From Okamejei kenojei (Eukaryota), in NCBI GenBank assembly GCA_035221665.1, contig CM069151.1, forward strand, positions 18,724,001 through 18,788,000: a stretch of 64,000 nt of DNA, read 5' to 3'. A model generated the notes under the pieces. The model saw only the letters and a program-made list of their open reading frames with translations. It was not told where the DNA came from and did not search any database. The translations under genes and the position numbers were made by a program. Positions 28,901-40,900 of the stretch are shown here, piece after piece. The number at the start of each line of letters is the position of its first letter. Within the stretch, counting starts at the first letter, position 1.

Positions 28901-31900
28901 CCCAAACCAAGCTGTGATGCATCCTGATAAAATGCTTTCTATGGTGCATCTGTAGAGAGGTGATGAGAATTGTAGGAGACATGCCAAACATCCTAAGCCT
29001 TCCAAGGAAATAGAGGCATTGGTGTGCTTTCTTGGTCGTTGCTTCAATATGGGTGGTCCAGGAGAAGTTGTTCGTGAAATTGACTCCTACGAATTTGAAG
29101 TTTTCTACTTTGGCACCGTCAATGCAAACTGGGGTATGTGTAGTGCTTCACTTCCTGAAGTCGATCGCTACTTTTTTGTCTTTCTGACATTGAGCGAAAG
29201 GTTGGTGTCTTGACACCAGGACACGAGATTCTCGATCTCCTTCCTGTACTCCATCTCATCATTATTTGATATCCGGCCCACAATGGTGGTTTTGTCTATG
29301 AATTTGAAAATTGAATTAGATTTGTACATGGCTGCACAGTCGTGGGTATATAAGGAGGCTGAGAACGCATCCTTGCGGAGCACCAGTATTGAGGATTATC
29401 ATAGAGATCATAGAGGATCATTTGTCCCCTATCATCACCTGATTGTTATATATGTTATATATTGTTATTTCTGCCAATTGAAACAATGTTTTGTTTCTCT
29501 ATAAAGCCAGACCCATGTGTCCCAGGTTGTGTCTGCCCTGATGGTTTGGTGGAGGATTCCACTGAAGGATGCATTGAACCATCCCTATGTCCCTGTTTAT
29601 TTGGAGGTGAAACCTTTGGTGGTGGAGAAACAATCACCATTGATTGCAATACATGGTGAGTGAAACAAATACTGAGAGGAATGACCCCATAAAATATAAC
29701 ACTAACTGCATACAACTGTAAAATGACATATCTCTATACTACATTATAGCACATGCCAAGGTGGAGAATGGGAATGCACTGATAATTCATGTCCAAAGAC
29801 CTGCACTGTTTATGGAGATGGTCACTACATAACATATGATGGAAAACGATTCAAATTTGATGGCAACTGTGAATATATCTTTGCGGAGGTAAGATGAAGG
29901 AGTCACATTTAACACGGCTGTTTCCATTGTCAATTCTGTCTAATTGCAGATGTTATTAAGTTATTTTTCCCATATTCATTTTTCTCAAAATATATATTTG
30001 TAAGAGACAATTTAGAGAAGCCATTTAACCTACAAACCTGCACATCTTTGGAAAGTGATAGGAAACTGGATCACCCAGAAAAAACCCATGAAGTCACAGG
30101 AAGAACGTATAAATACCTTACAGAGGGCATCTGTAGTCAGAATCAAATCTGGGTCTCTGTTGCAGTAAGGCAGCAACTATACCGCTGTTCAATTGTGTTG
30201 GATTTAGATATGCTATAACGTATGGAAAATGTGCGTTCCACTGACTAGCTTGGGAGATAAAGACACCAAGCTAATTACTATTTCAGGGAGGGCAGTGATC
30301 GAAATTATTTGAATCCGATAAAGTGTGTAAACAATTTTAAAATTGTAAAATTATACGCATTCAACTGGCAGTGTAATGACAAATTATGTGTTGAATTCTC
30401 ATTGCACATATTAATTCAAGATATTTTAACCTTAGGACAAATGTCGACGAGAGATTGGTACATTTCAAATACTGACACAAAGTGTTCCCTGCTGTGAAAA
30501 TGGAGTGACATGTTCAAGAGAAATCAGAATCTTGATTGGGGTATGTCTTTTAATCTATAACATATATGAGGTAACTGCAGGTTATGCAGTTACAGTGTCT
30601 AATCAGAAATTATTCATCTTATAAAATAATTTATTTTCAAATTTATCCTTACAGGAGAGAGAACTAACTTTCTCGAGTGCAACTGGAGTACGTGAGGTGT
30701 CCTCTGAATACAGCCAGTGCGCAGATAATTCATATACAATTCACACAGTTGGACTCTACTTAATCCTGTCATTTTCCAATGGGATCACTTTGGTTTGGGA
30801 TAAACGGACACGATTTTCAATCACACTGGATCCAATATGGAAGGTGAGTGGGGATTCAAAATTAAAGTTTCTGCTTAATAACACAGAAAGTATAATCCAA
30901 TATTGGAATTATTGGGAAACGATTCAATTCATATATAGATATATTTACATCAAAACTCACAGAATACAGATGGGGAAAGAATCTGTAAACTTTGATAGTG
31001 CACAGAAAAATGACTGAAATGGCAAAGCTAAGGTTTGGTGGTAAATGAAGGAATCACTCTCAGAAGATCTGGAGTATAGAATCCATAAAACAACAATAAT
31101 ATCAATATTCTAAATTTCCATCTGTTACATGATAAAATAGGTAGCATCAACATATTTTGCTGAGCAATATTTTTCTGTATATATGTGAAACAGTATTAAG
31201 TTATTCAAAAGACAAAGGAAAGCTGTGCGAATTTAAATTGTGGAAAATAAAATTGGATTAGATGCTGAGAGGAATGGTTTTACAACAGATTTGCTGAGTA
31301 AGAGTTGGGACTTGTTAAAATGGGAGTGAGCATTCAGAACCAGAGGCTGAACTGGCCAGGGTGAGGCTGGGAAAACTTTGCCAATTTAAAGCTGGCACAC
31401 GATGTGGCCGAATGCCAAGTGGTTGGAAGCAGCAGTGTGGGAAAACAATACTTTGTGAAAAGATCATGACTCAAAATCCACGAGGGAATATATCATCTGT
31501 ATGAAATTTAAAATATTTTCCTGAAAACGAGGAAATACGGGCAGATTCAGAAATGTATTCTTGCACTGCCATTTATTGTCAGGAATTTCTACTACATGGT
31601 CACAGGCACAGATCTAAACCATATGAATGAATGGACACAGGTGTCAAGGAAAGAGCATTCACGTCGCGGCCCAGTTTCCACCAATCTTTCCACCACCACG
31701 CTCAAGGAGCACAAGAAGCGACAAGACAGATACTATTGCATTCAGATGCCGAGAAGTGTGTTCAGCTCTGGCTGAACAACTTCTAATCTTGTGCATGGAA
31801 GAATGGGCACAACATGCTGGAGTAACAGCAGGACAGGCAGCATCACTGGAGAGAGCTGAGTTATTCCAGCATTTGAGTCTATCTTCAGTTTTAGCAGCAT

Positions 31901-34900
31901 CTCCAGTTCCTTCCTACACCTCATATATGAATCATGTACGCATATGGACCATGAATTATGATGTGAATGGTTTTAAGGATGAACTAAACTGTGAGGAGTA
32001 AACAATGCAGCAGTAATCTGTGCAGGAAGTGCACATAGAAAAGATGTGGAGGAATCAAGAGCTGCAGTAAGTTGAAGTTGAGGATGGAAGTTCATTAAAG
32101 TTTAATAAACCAGGCTCAAATCATGTTCTGAAGATAGACACAAAAAGCTGGAGTAATTGAGCTGGTCAGACAGTATCTCTGGAGAAAATGAACAGGTGAA
32201 TTTTCAGGTCGAGAGCCTTCTTCAGACATTAATATGAACCAGGGTCTAATTCCGAACGTCCCCTATTCCTTTTCTCCAGAGATGCTGTCTGACCATTGAG
32301 GTACTTCACCTTTTTGTGCGTATCTTCGGTTGAAACCTGCATCTGCAGTTCCTTCCCTCTAAAATCATGTTCTATTTTAAATGTATATATTTTCCCTTTT
32401 ATGTCTATTTTCAAAGCCTTTTCTTAAACCTAGAATGAAAAAGATCTGTACAAAAGCTCACTCATTATATTTACGAAAAAGGCCATTTTATCTATAAGGT
32501 AATGCATCCATCCAGAACCGTGCTGAGGACTCCTCGTTCAAGGATTTGGTAGTTTCCAGAAAACAACCAGAGATTTTACCACATCACTCTATGGACTATT
32601 TTATTCTATGTAATCGTGTCATGGTTCATGTCATACATTTTTTTAAACTTATATTTAATTAGGACTGCTCACAACTTCAGGAAAATCTCTTGAAGCTGCA
32701 CAGAATGTTTTACATAAATATAGAGACAAAAAAAACACAACAAAAAAAAAACAACAAAAAAAAACCCAATTGAATATAAAAAATAGATTGGTAAATTCAC
32801 ATTTGTAGTGCCCAATTTTAACAGATCCCAAAGCACTTTATTGACCAATTTTCTCTGCTGGATTAGATTTTGATTTAATTTGGAAGAATATATAAACCAG
32901 TAATTGTAATTTTAGAATAGTAATCATCAATATGTTTCTCCTGTGTGCTAAAGAATAAAGTTTGTGGCCTTTGTGGAAATTTCAACGATGATCTTGAAGA
33001 TGACTTAACATCAAGGACGAACACCTTGCTGACCAACACTTTGGAATTTGGGAACAGCTGGAAATCCTCACAGCTTTGCTCTGATACAGTAAATGAGATA
33101 TATCCATGTGATAACAATCCATATTGTTTGTCATGGGCACAGAAGAGGTGCAACTTAATTCACAGCGCAACCTTTCAAGCGTGCCATAAAAAGGTAAGAG
33201 ACAATGCATTTGAGATATAACACATTTGATATATAATATGAAATAAGCTGCATTTCCATCATTCTTTTTCTGACACTGTTACTTTACCAGGTTGATCCAA
33301 TTCCATTTTATGATGCTTGTATTCAAGAAGCTTGTGCCTGTGATATGGAGGGAAAGTATCTTGGTTTCTGTACTGCTGTAGCTGTGTATGCAGAAGCTTG
33401 TAATAAAGCTGAAGTTTGTATTCGCTGGAGAACCCCTGAACTTTGTCGTAAGTGTAACCTAATGCATATTTAATAGACACAGTGAGTTGAAGGATGACTA
33501 TAACAGTGAGATCCTCACCTCTTCTTGAACATGGTTCCAAAGATACTCAAGCAATTGTTTGTGCTTAAGTGATCAGTTACCTCCAGTCTCCATTTGATCA
33601 GCATATGCATCACTCATTTTTTTCAATTTCATCAAAGGCACGGCAGCATATTTTTAAAGTTCAGAACACCAATTGTTCACAATGCAACTTAATTGGCTCC
33701 TGCACGTGTAACACGCTGACCAACAAATAACACCACTATTTAAATCTGATACTAATTTCTGTTGCCTTGAGCGTAATTTCTAATGACAGCAAACAAATAA
33801 ACAATATTTTCTTTTTCATATTTCCATCTCTTATTTTGCAGCTAATAATAGCTTGATCTACACAGCTCGCAGTGACTCAAACTCAATTCTAAATTCCAGT
33901 GCTGTCTGTGTGGAGTTTTCATGTTCTCCCTGTGACCACTGGGTTTCTTCTGGGTGCTCTGATTTCCATCCACATCCCAAAATATGCTGCATGTTGGATT
34001 AATTGCCCATTGTAAATTGTGTCTCCTATTTGGATAAACTGGAATCCTGAGGAAGTTGATGGAAATGTGGAAAGAATTAAAAAATTGGAACACTAGGAAC
34101 ATCAGATGCTGAAATCATGCATATAGCATAAAGTGCTGGAGTAACTCAGCAGGTCAGGCAGTATCTCTGGAGGACATGAATGTCCATGTCCACCAGAGAT
34201 GTTGCCTGATGCTGACCCATTGAGTTACTCCGACTTACATTCTATATAAAAAAAAGGGATGTGTGTAAAGGGTACTGGATGGCTGGTGTGGACAGTTGTC
34301 CAAACAGCCTGTTTCTATACTGTATGACTCGAGGATGATAAGATCCCCTATCCTCTTCTTCAACAGGATGGGGAAGATACTTAGAGACAATTGTTTTGCA
34401 TTGTTCACAACATTTAAGAAACATTTAGACAGGTACATGGATAAGACTGGTTTAGAGGGGTATGGGCCAAATGCAGGTAGGTGGGACTAATGTAGACGGG
34501 ACATGTTGACCAGGTTGGGTCAAAGAGCCTGTTTCCATGCTGTATAACACTATGATCTTGTGAATGATCTGTGACCTGCAGCCTCAAAATAATCAAAATC
34601 GTCACTGCTCTTTTTCTTACAAGAGATTACAGCCGTATCAGTGAAAGGCAGATCAGCACTGTAGCACTTTTTCATTTATCAAGTAAAATATACTCAGAAC
34701 TTTTCACAGAACAATATCCCATTATTGGGTTCATTTGAGTATTGATTTGCAATTTGGAAGAGATGCCATCATCCAGCTTCCATCCTCTTTGTGTTCTCTG
34801 CCATTGGGAGTAAATGTGCGTATCATCTTAACTACTAATGTTGCTGCTGATCAATTTATGTAATGGAGGAGGGAAGAAAAGAATGATTGTATCTCCTTTG

Positions 34901-37900
34901 TCTACCCAAGCAATAAAAACTTGCCTAACTGCAATAAAAACTTTTGGGGAGGAACAAGTTGAGTGTTAGTGAATATTGGGATTGAAACTCTGCCAAGACA
35001 GACTTCGTCCGACAGTCCAGATTAAAGATCGTTTTGCTCAAATGCATTAAAAGAGTAATTAAAAATACTATTTTAAAATACTATTTCACATTACAGCTGT
35101 GTACTGTGACTATTATAATGCTCCCAATGAATGCAGCTGGCACTATCAGCCATGTGGAACCATAACAACAAGAACATGTACCGGCCATTTCATCGGAAAG
35201 AAGTATTCAGCAATTCTTGAAGGTGCCGTATAGATTGTTTTCAAATTTCATGACCTTTTCCAAAATGTTTTAAATTACTGTATCCAATATAATATTAATT
35301 AATTTTCTTTAAATTATTTGTACCTTTTGATAAAGATTTGTAAAGAATACCAGTTTCCAACAATCATTAATGCATAAGTAATATAATTAGTGATTGATAG
35401 TGTAGACGAGGGGAGCCAGTGGATGTAATACATTTGGATTTCAATAAGGCTTTTGACAAAGTCCAATAGTCAATAGTTATTATATTATATTATATATAAT
35501 ATTATATTACACATGCGGGCGCTGCTGTGTGTGGCGCCATTATTCAAAGTCCAAACCTCGGTCGGCCAGCATGCCCGAAATACTCCAGCAGGTTCCGCGA
35601 ACCAACGTCCCTCTCCTCTCCTCACACGGCCATCTTTTTATCCCGGGAGTCCCTCCTGCAGCCTACCTGAAGGCACTGGAGGAATTACCCTGGTTCACCC
35701 TCTTACCAGTCCTTGCTCCTCAGGGATAACTTCTGCAGCTCCCTCTGGTTATGGCATCTGCCAAGCATTCCGGCGGGGTTCCCAATCCCGTTGACAAGCC
35801 CGCAGTCCTAGCCTGGGTTTGAGGTCCTTCCGGAACCGACCAATGAGATCATCTGCATGACCATGAGGCTTTGGGAGTGAATCCAATGAGCCATTCAACA
35901 GGTTGTTCCCGGTTCTGTTGAGGACTGGCGAGCTTGATGAGGTGGAGGACACTGCAAACCCCAGCCTTTGGTCAGATACCCAACGATCTTAGGGCCGGTC
36001 CGGAACCCCACCGGGAGAGTCCACGGCAGGGTGAGGGTCCGTCCGCAGTAGGCATAGTCGGGCCTTTGCATGCAGGGGAGCATCCCGCTGTTGCTTGCTG
36101 GGGAGCCGTCAATGTCATAGAGAGCACAGGGTAATCCCAATGATAATATAACAATATGGATTGAAACCAATTATCAAACAGAATATTAATGAGGGGGACT
36201 AGAAGTCTATTTATTATGAAAGAGTTTTATATTCATGGGGTAAGGGGAGATTTTGTTGTACAATATATGAGAGCCTTTGTTTGACTCTATGCCTGGAGGG
36301 ATTAATGCGTACAGTGTATAATGGGTCTCCTTACTTAAGGATAGGACTGTATTTGCTGTGGGGTGTGAGTGGGCTTGCAGCAAATATGCTCTTCGAATGA
36401 TTGGAGCTGGCAAGTTTGATGTGTGAGGCAGTTGACAATCAGCGTACCCCAGAAGAGTGGCAAATGTCATCAAATATGTTGTACAAGAGTTTCTTTCTAG
36501 CTCAACAGGCTGGATGCAAGGAGTGACATCATCTTATTATGGCGGGGGGAAGTCTAGAAACCTGAGTGGCACTGTTTGAAAATAGTGACAGGCCAAATTT
36601 AGGGACCGAGATGGATTAACTAAATTCTTCTTCAAGTCGGGCACTCTGCACCACTTGCGAAGTGTCTCTACCATGGGGTTAGATAATGCCATTGTATTCA
36701 TAGGATAGAACAGATTTCTGGCAACATTTACAGCAAATCAAACGATAAGATGATAGAGCGTGACAAATTACTCCAAGCTGGAAGATCATTCCACAATTCT
36801 TTCATAACAAGTGTTGGTTTCAAACGCTCTCAGATGGACTAGTATATCCTACTTTACATGCACAGATGTGCAAGAAACGATGCAAAATCAACAAATATAT
36901 CAATCACATTCTCTTGGTTATTCCCTAATGTTAGGCTCAGTTTGCGTTCAAAATCCCCTAAGTGTTTGCTTGTATATCTAACCGGGCTTTCAAAGAACTG
37001 GATTCGCAAATTTAGTTTACTCGCTGTTTTCGAGTTAATAGAGTTTTGTCCATTGGTGGATCTGATTTTGTATGTTACTTACAATTCCAGCATGCACAAG
37101 AGGTTTACTTGTTTATTTTTTTTTGTTTATAGTGACTTTACTACCAGATGTTTAAGGTTGCTATGACCAAATGCCCAGAGGGTGCTCCTTCTAATTTGTT
37201 GGATGAAGAAGAATGAAAAAATAACCATGAAGTGCGTTGCATTACTGATTGTACCTACTTTGGACTATATGAGGAGAAGGATTATGTGGCAACCAAGTGT
37301 AAGACAACAAGTAATGGTTGTGAAGAATGTTATAATTTATCTAAGAAAAGAATTTTATTATTTAATTCATCAGATCATCTTTGTAAGTGAACGCAATAAT
37401 CTTGTCTGCCAAAGTGGGTCTGAGATCTTTTACATAATGTCATCTTCAAAGTTATAGGGTGTAAATGGATTTCACTTCGTTTGAGTCATTAGGCCTGATT
37501 AAAGAGAAGGAAAATAACTTTTCACGTTGTATATCAGCAAAGACACACCAGATAATTTAAGTATATGTTTCTATGTTTGACAATAACAGAAATTCGATGA
37601 AAGTGTTAACATTCTTAAATTAAATTATTTTTCTTGATTCATATGAAGCACCGGTTATAAATAGATCTTTTTTGACATAATATAAAACTACGCCTGTACT
37701 AATTCCAACTGCACGATCTCATTCGTTTGGTTTCAAACTCCTTCACTATATCAGTGTCTAGTTTCAGTTAATTTAGGTTTATAGGTCACATGGTGCCAAT
37801 GTACAGTGAAAAGTTTTTGTTGTGGTGCAACAGTCAGCCCGAAAAAGACCTACACATTTTAAATCGATCCCTTCACAGAGTACAGACAAATGACAAGTGA

Positions 37901-40900
37901 ATTTTAGTGCAAGGGAAAGGCAGGCAAAGTCCGATGCACGATAGTCTAGGAGGGTCATCAAAGTGAGTAGATTAGTAGTTCAGAGCAATTGCTCTGTGGT
38001 TGTGTGTTAGGATGATTTCCGTTGCGATTACAGTGGGGAGAAATTGTTCCCCAATCTCGGTGGTGGTGTGTTTTTTCTTAGAGCTATACCTTTTTATAGG
38101 AGAGGGGAAAGAGGGAGTGGCCAGTGGGTATGACTCGTCCTTATATTATGCCATTATGATTTTTAAGATTAGCCTTCCCATTTTTCTTCAAATGCATCTG
38201 TGATTTTGTTCTGTACTCTATTATGTGTTCATTTTGCTGTCCATATAAGTAAAAAAATACCTCAATAATCTTCTGGTATGCTGCTAACCTACACTTTAAA
38301 AAAGCTTTTGATACATGATTTCAGAGTTTGAAACTGACTTTCATTTTTCTCTGCTGACTTAATGTCCATTGGATTGCCATAGATTTGTAGAAAACATAAC
38401 ATATGAACAGCAGAGTGGCAAACACTGTACAGGCCCTTATGTCCTTAAGATCCTGTGTATGGCAAACAAGTCATGCCGCGAGTTCTAATCTTTTCTCGGC
38501 CTGCATATATGGATTCTCTAGCTTTCCTTTCCCTGCATCATCCATGTTGTACCAATCTAGAAACCTCTTATAACACCAAACTACCATTATAAGAATCTGT
38601 TATTATCTGTTGTATCTCTAGTGATATACCTATAGAAGAGATGTAATCTGGTTTCCCCCCACCTAGCAGCACTTTACCGGCACCCCACCTATCTGTAGTC
38701 CACGTTATCCCCTCCTATGTGCGTTTAAACATTAGTCCCTCTGGCAAAAAAACATTCCACTATCTACTAACCTATATATACGCTGCTCATGAACTTATAC
38801 ATACGTTGTAGCTCTCTTACTCTCAACCTCGATGACCCCCAGAGGCAGACTCAAATAATCCAAGGTTTGTCACACGTCCTGTTGATAGACTTCTTCTCTC
38901 TTCTTTTGGTAATAGGTTGCACAGCCTAAAGGTAGTAGGTCAACTAGTTGTAATTTGGTCTGTTTGTTTGTGCACATCTAGAGTGCTTGCCATTAAGCGA
39001 AACTGGGTGGGGGGGGTGGACCACGTTGAGAGGATGCAATCGTCACTCCCATCTGTTTATATAATACCTCCCTTTGACGTGTCGCAGTAGTATCCATAAG
39101 GACAGCGCTCATTCTGCTAAAGCCTCCGTACTGTGTTTTTTCCAGCAAGCTTCCACATCCTTCTTTGTAAAAGTTTGACCACTTTGAGACTACAAGAGCT
39201 GAAACAGATGAGAGCTACTAGAAATCGAATGCAGCCTAACACAGGCCATATGTACCACAAGTCCACAACAAAACTGCAATCACCACCTCACACTTGTCTA
39301 ATGTTATCCCAGTTTTCAATCCTGCCCACACTAAGGGCAATTTTACTGAAGCCAATCAAACCTACACAACTGCCAGGGGCTAACCTTAAGTTTTGTAAAG
39401 CTTCACTAACTTCCTGGCTTTATACTCATTGCCTAACTGATTGTCAACATAAATTGTATGCCATCTTTATGCAAAACTCATTCACAAAGTTGCAGCTACT
39501 TGCAGGCATGCCTGTGGACAACGCAGTGAACACTACAAACTCCAAAAACATCATTTCCTTTTTTTCCCAATATATGGTGTTTAACAAACCTGAATTCATG
39601 AATAAGCCGTAGAAGTTAGTATGTGCCAAACTACCAACCACCGTGAAGATCCCTTGCATAGTTAAAATATATTGGCGATGCAGGTTCTCCATGAGGCCTT
39701 TTATATTGATGCCTACTAAAATGATGTAACAATCCCTACTTACGTCATCAATTACCTTGCTGCAAAACCCTCAATCAAGTTTAGTAAAATATGACTGCAC
39801 CAGGCCAAATCATGCAGACCTCCCTAATTTATCTCCAATACTTCCCCAATGCGAGTAAATCTAGCGCAAAGATCCTCCCCCTAATTCTACCCGAGCACTG
39901 ATGTGAGCTCTGGCATAATAATTTCTATACATCATTCCCCATCGTTCACTAAAAGAAACAGTGGCTGCACTCCAGTTCTTTGGGTCATGCCGTGGCTAGA
40001 GGGGGATGTACAACGATTTGTGCACAGGCAAGGCCTGCAAACCGTTATCGTTGAGTGTGTTCTCTCAATAACTGAATAGTGATTCCATTGATGGTGGCAG
40101 GGGATTTATCATTCTTAATTGCGTTTACGAAGAGACTACAACAAACCTCCATCTCCTTTAATCGCAAAGAGCCCTAGCTCATGTTAGTTTTTCTACACTG
40201 TTCTCACTATCCTCCATGTAGTTAATATGTTATCTTATTTTGAGATAATTTGTAGTTTTTAAATATTTGTTTGTTTTTACAGTATGTGCCATGAACGGAA
40301 TCTCTACGTGCCCAACGTAAGTAGACTTTGTTTTGCATTCACTTCGTTCATAGATCAAAATTATGGAATGAATTATCATATTAAGATTTTATATAATATT
40401 GGTCTTGGTCAACATTGCAATTAATAATGTTATTAACGATTATATCCGTGAAATGTTTGTGTGAAAATAACTTGTCCATCCAAATATATGCTAATTAGCT
40501 TACCACGATTAAATCTGCAGCACAAAAATTAATGCAAATGAGTTGATATCATTGCATAGCAGTTATGATTGTTTCTCTTCGAAGATCCCGTTCTATCTTA
40601 TGAGTTCTCTATTTCCACACTCCATCAATGGTTTGAAAAGGAAAATCCATGAAAAAATAAACAGCAAGGATTATGAAACCATAATTCACACTATAATTAT
40701 TGTGTTGTTGTGTTTCTTCTGCTGAAGTTGTGGCAGATGAACTTGACCATAAACAGTTTATGCTCATGTCAATTTAAATCACTACATGTCACTTCTTATT
40801 CACAACCTCATATTGCAAATGCACCCATTCTTTTGAAGGATCAACACATCTGTGATGTTTTTGTTTATTTATTTGTGGAATGAGTATTGCCAGCAAAGTC

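Noticed and set aside
29810-29830. Possible GDPH autocleavage motif in VWD3
   Set aside because: The sequence is GDGH; no GDPH occurs in the traced exons
39133-39692. 159-aa and 82-aa ORFs in intron 27
   Set aside because: No recognisable domain or splice context; they overlap noisy SINE/CR1 remnants
37157-40316. Calling the mucin a pseudogene
   Set aside because: Lesions are confined to the region where all sequence, including repeats, is indel-rich; upstream exons and the downstream type-A exons are intact
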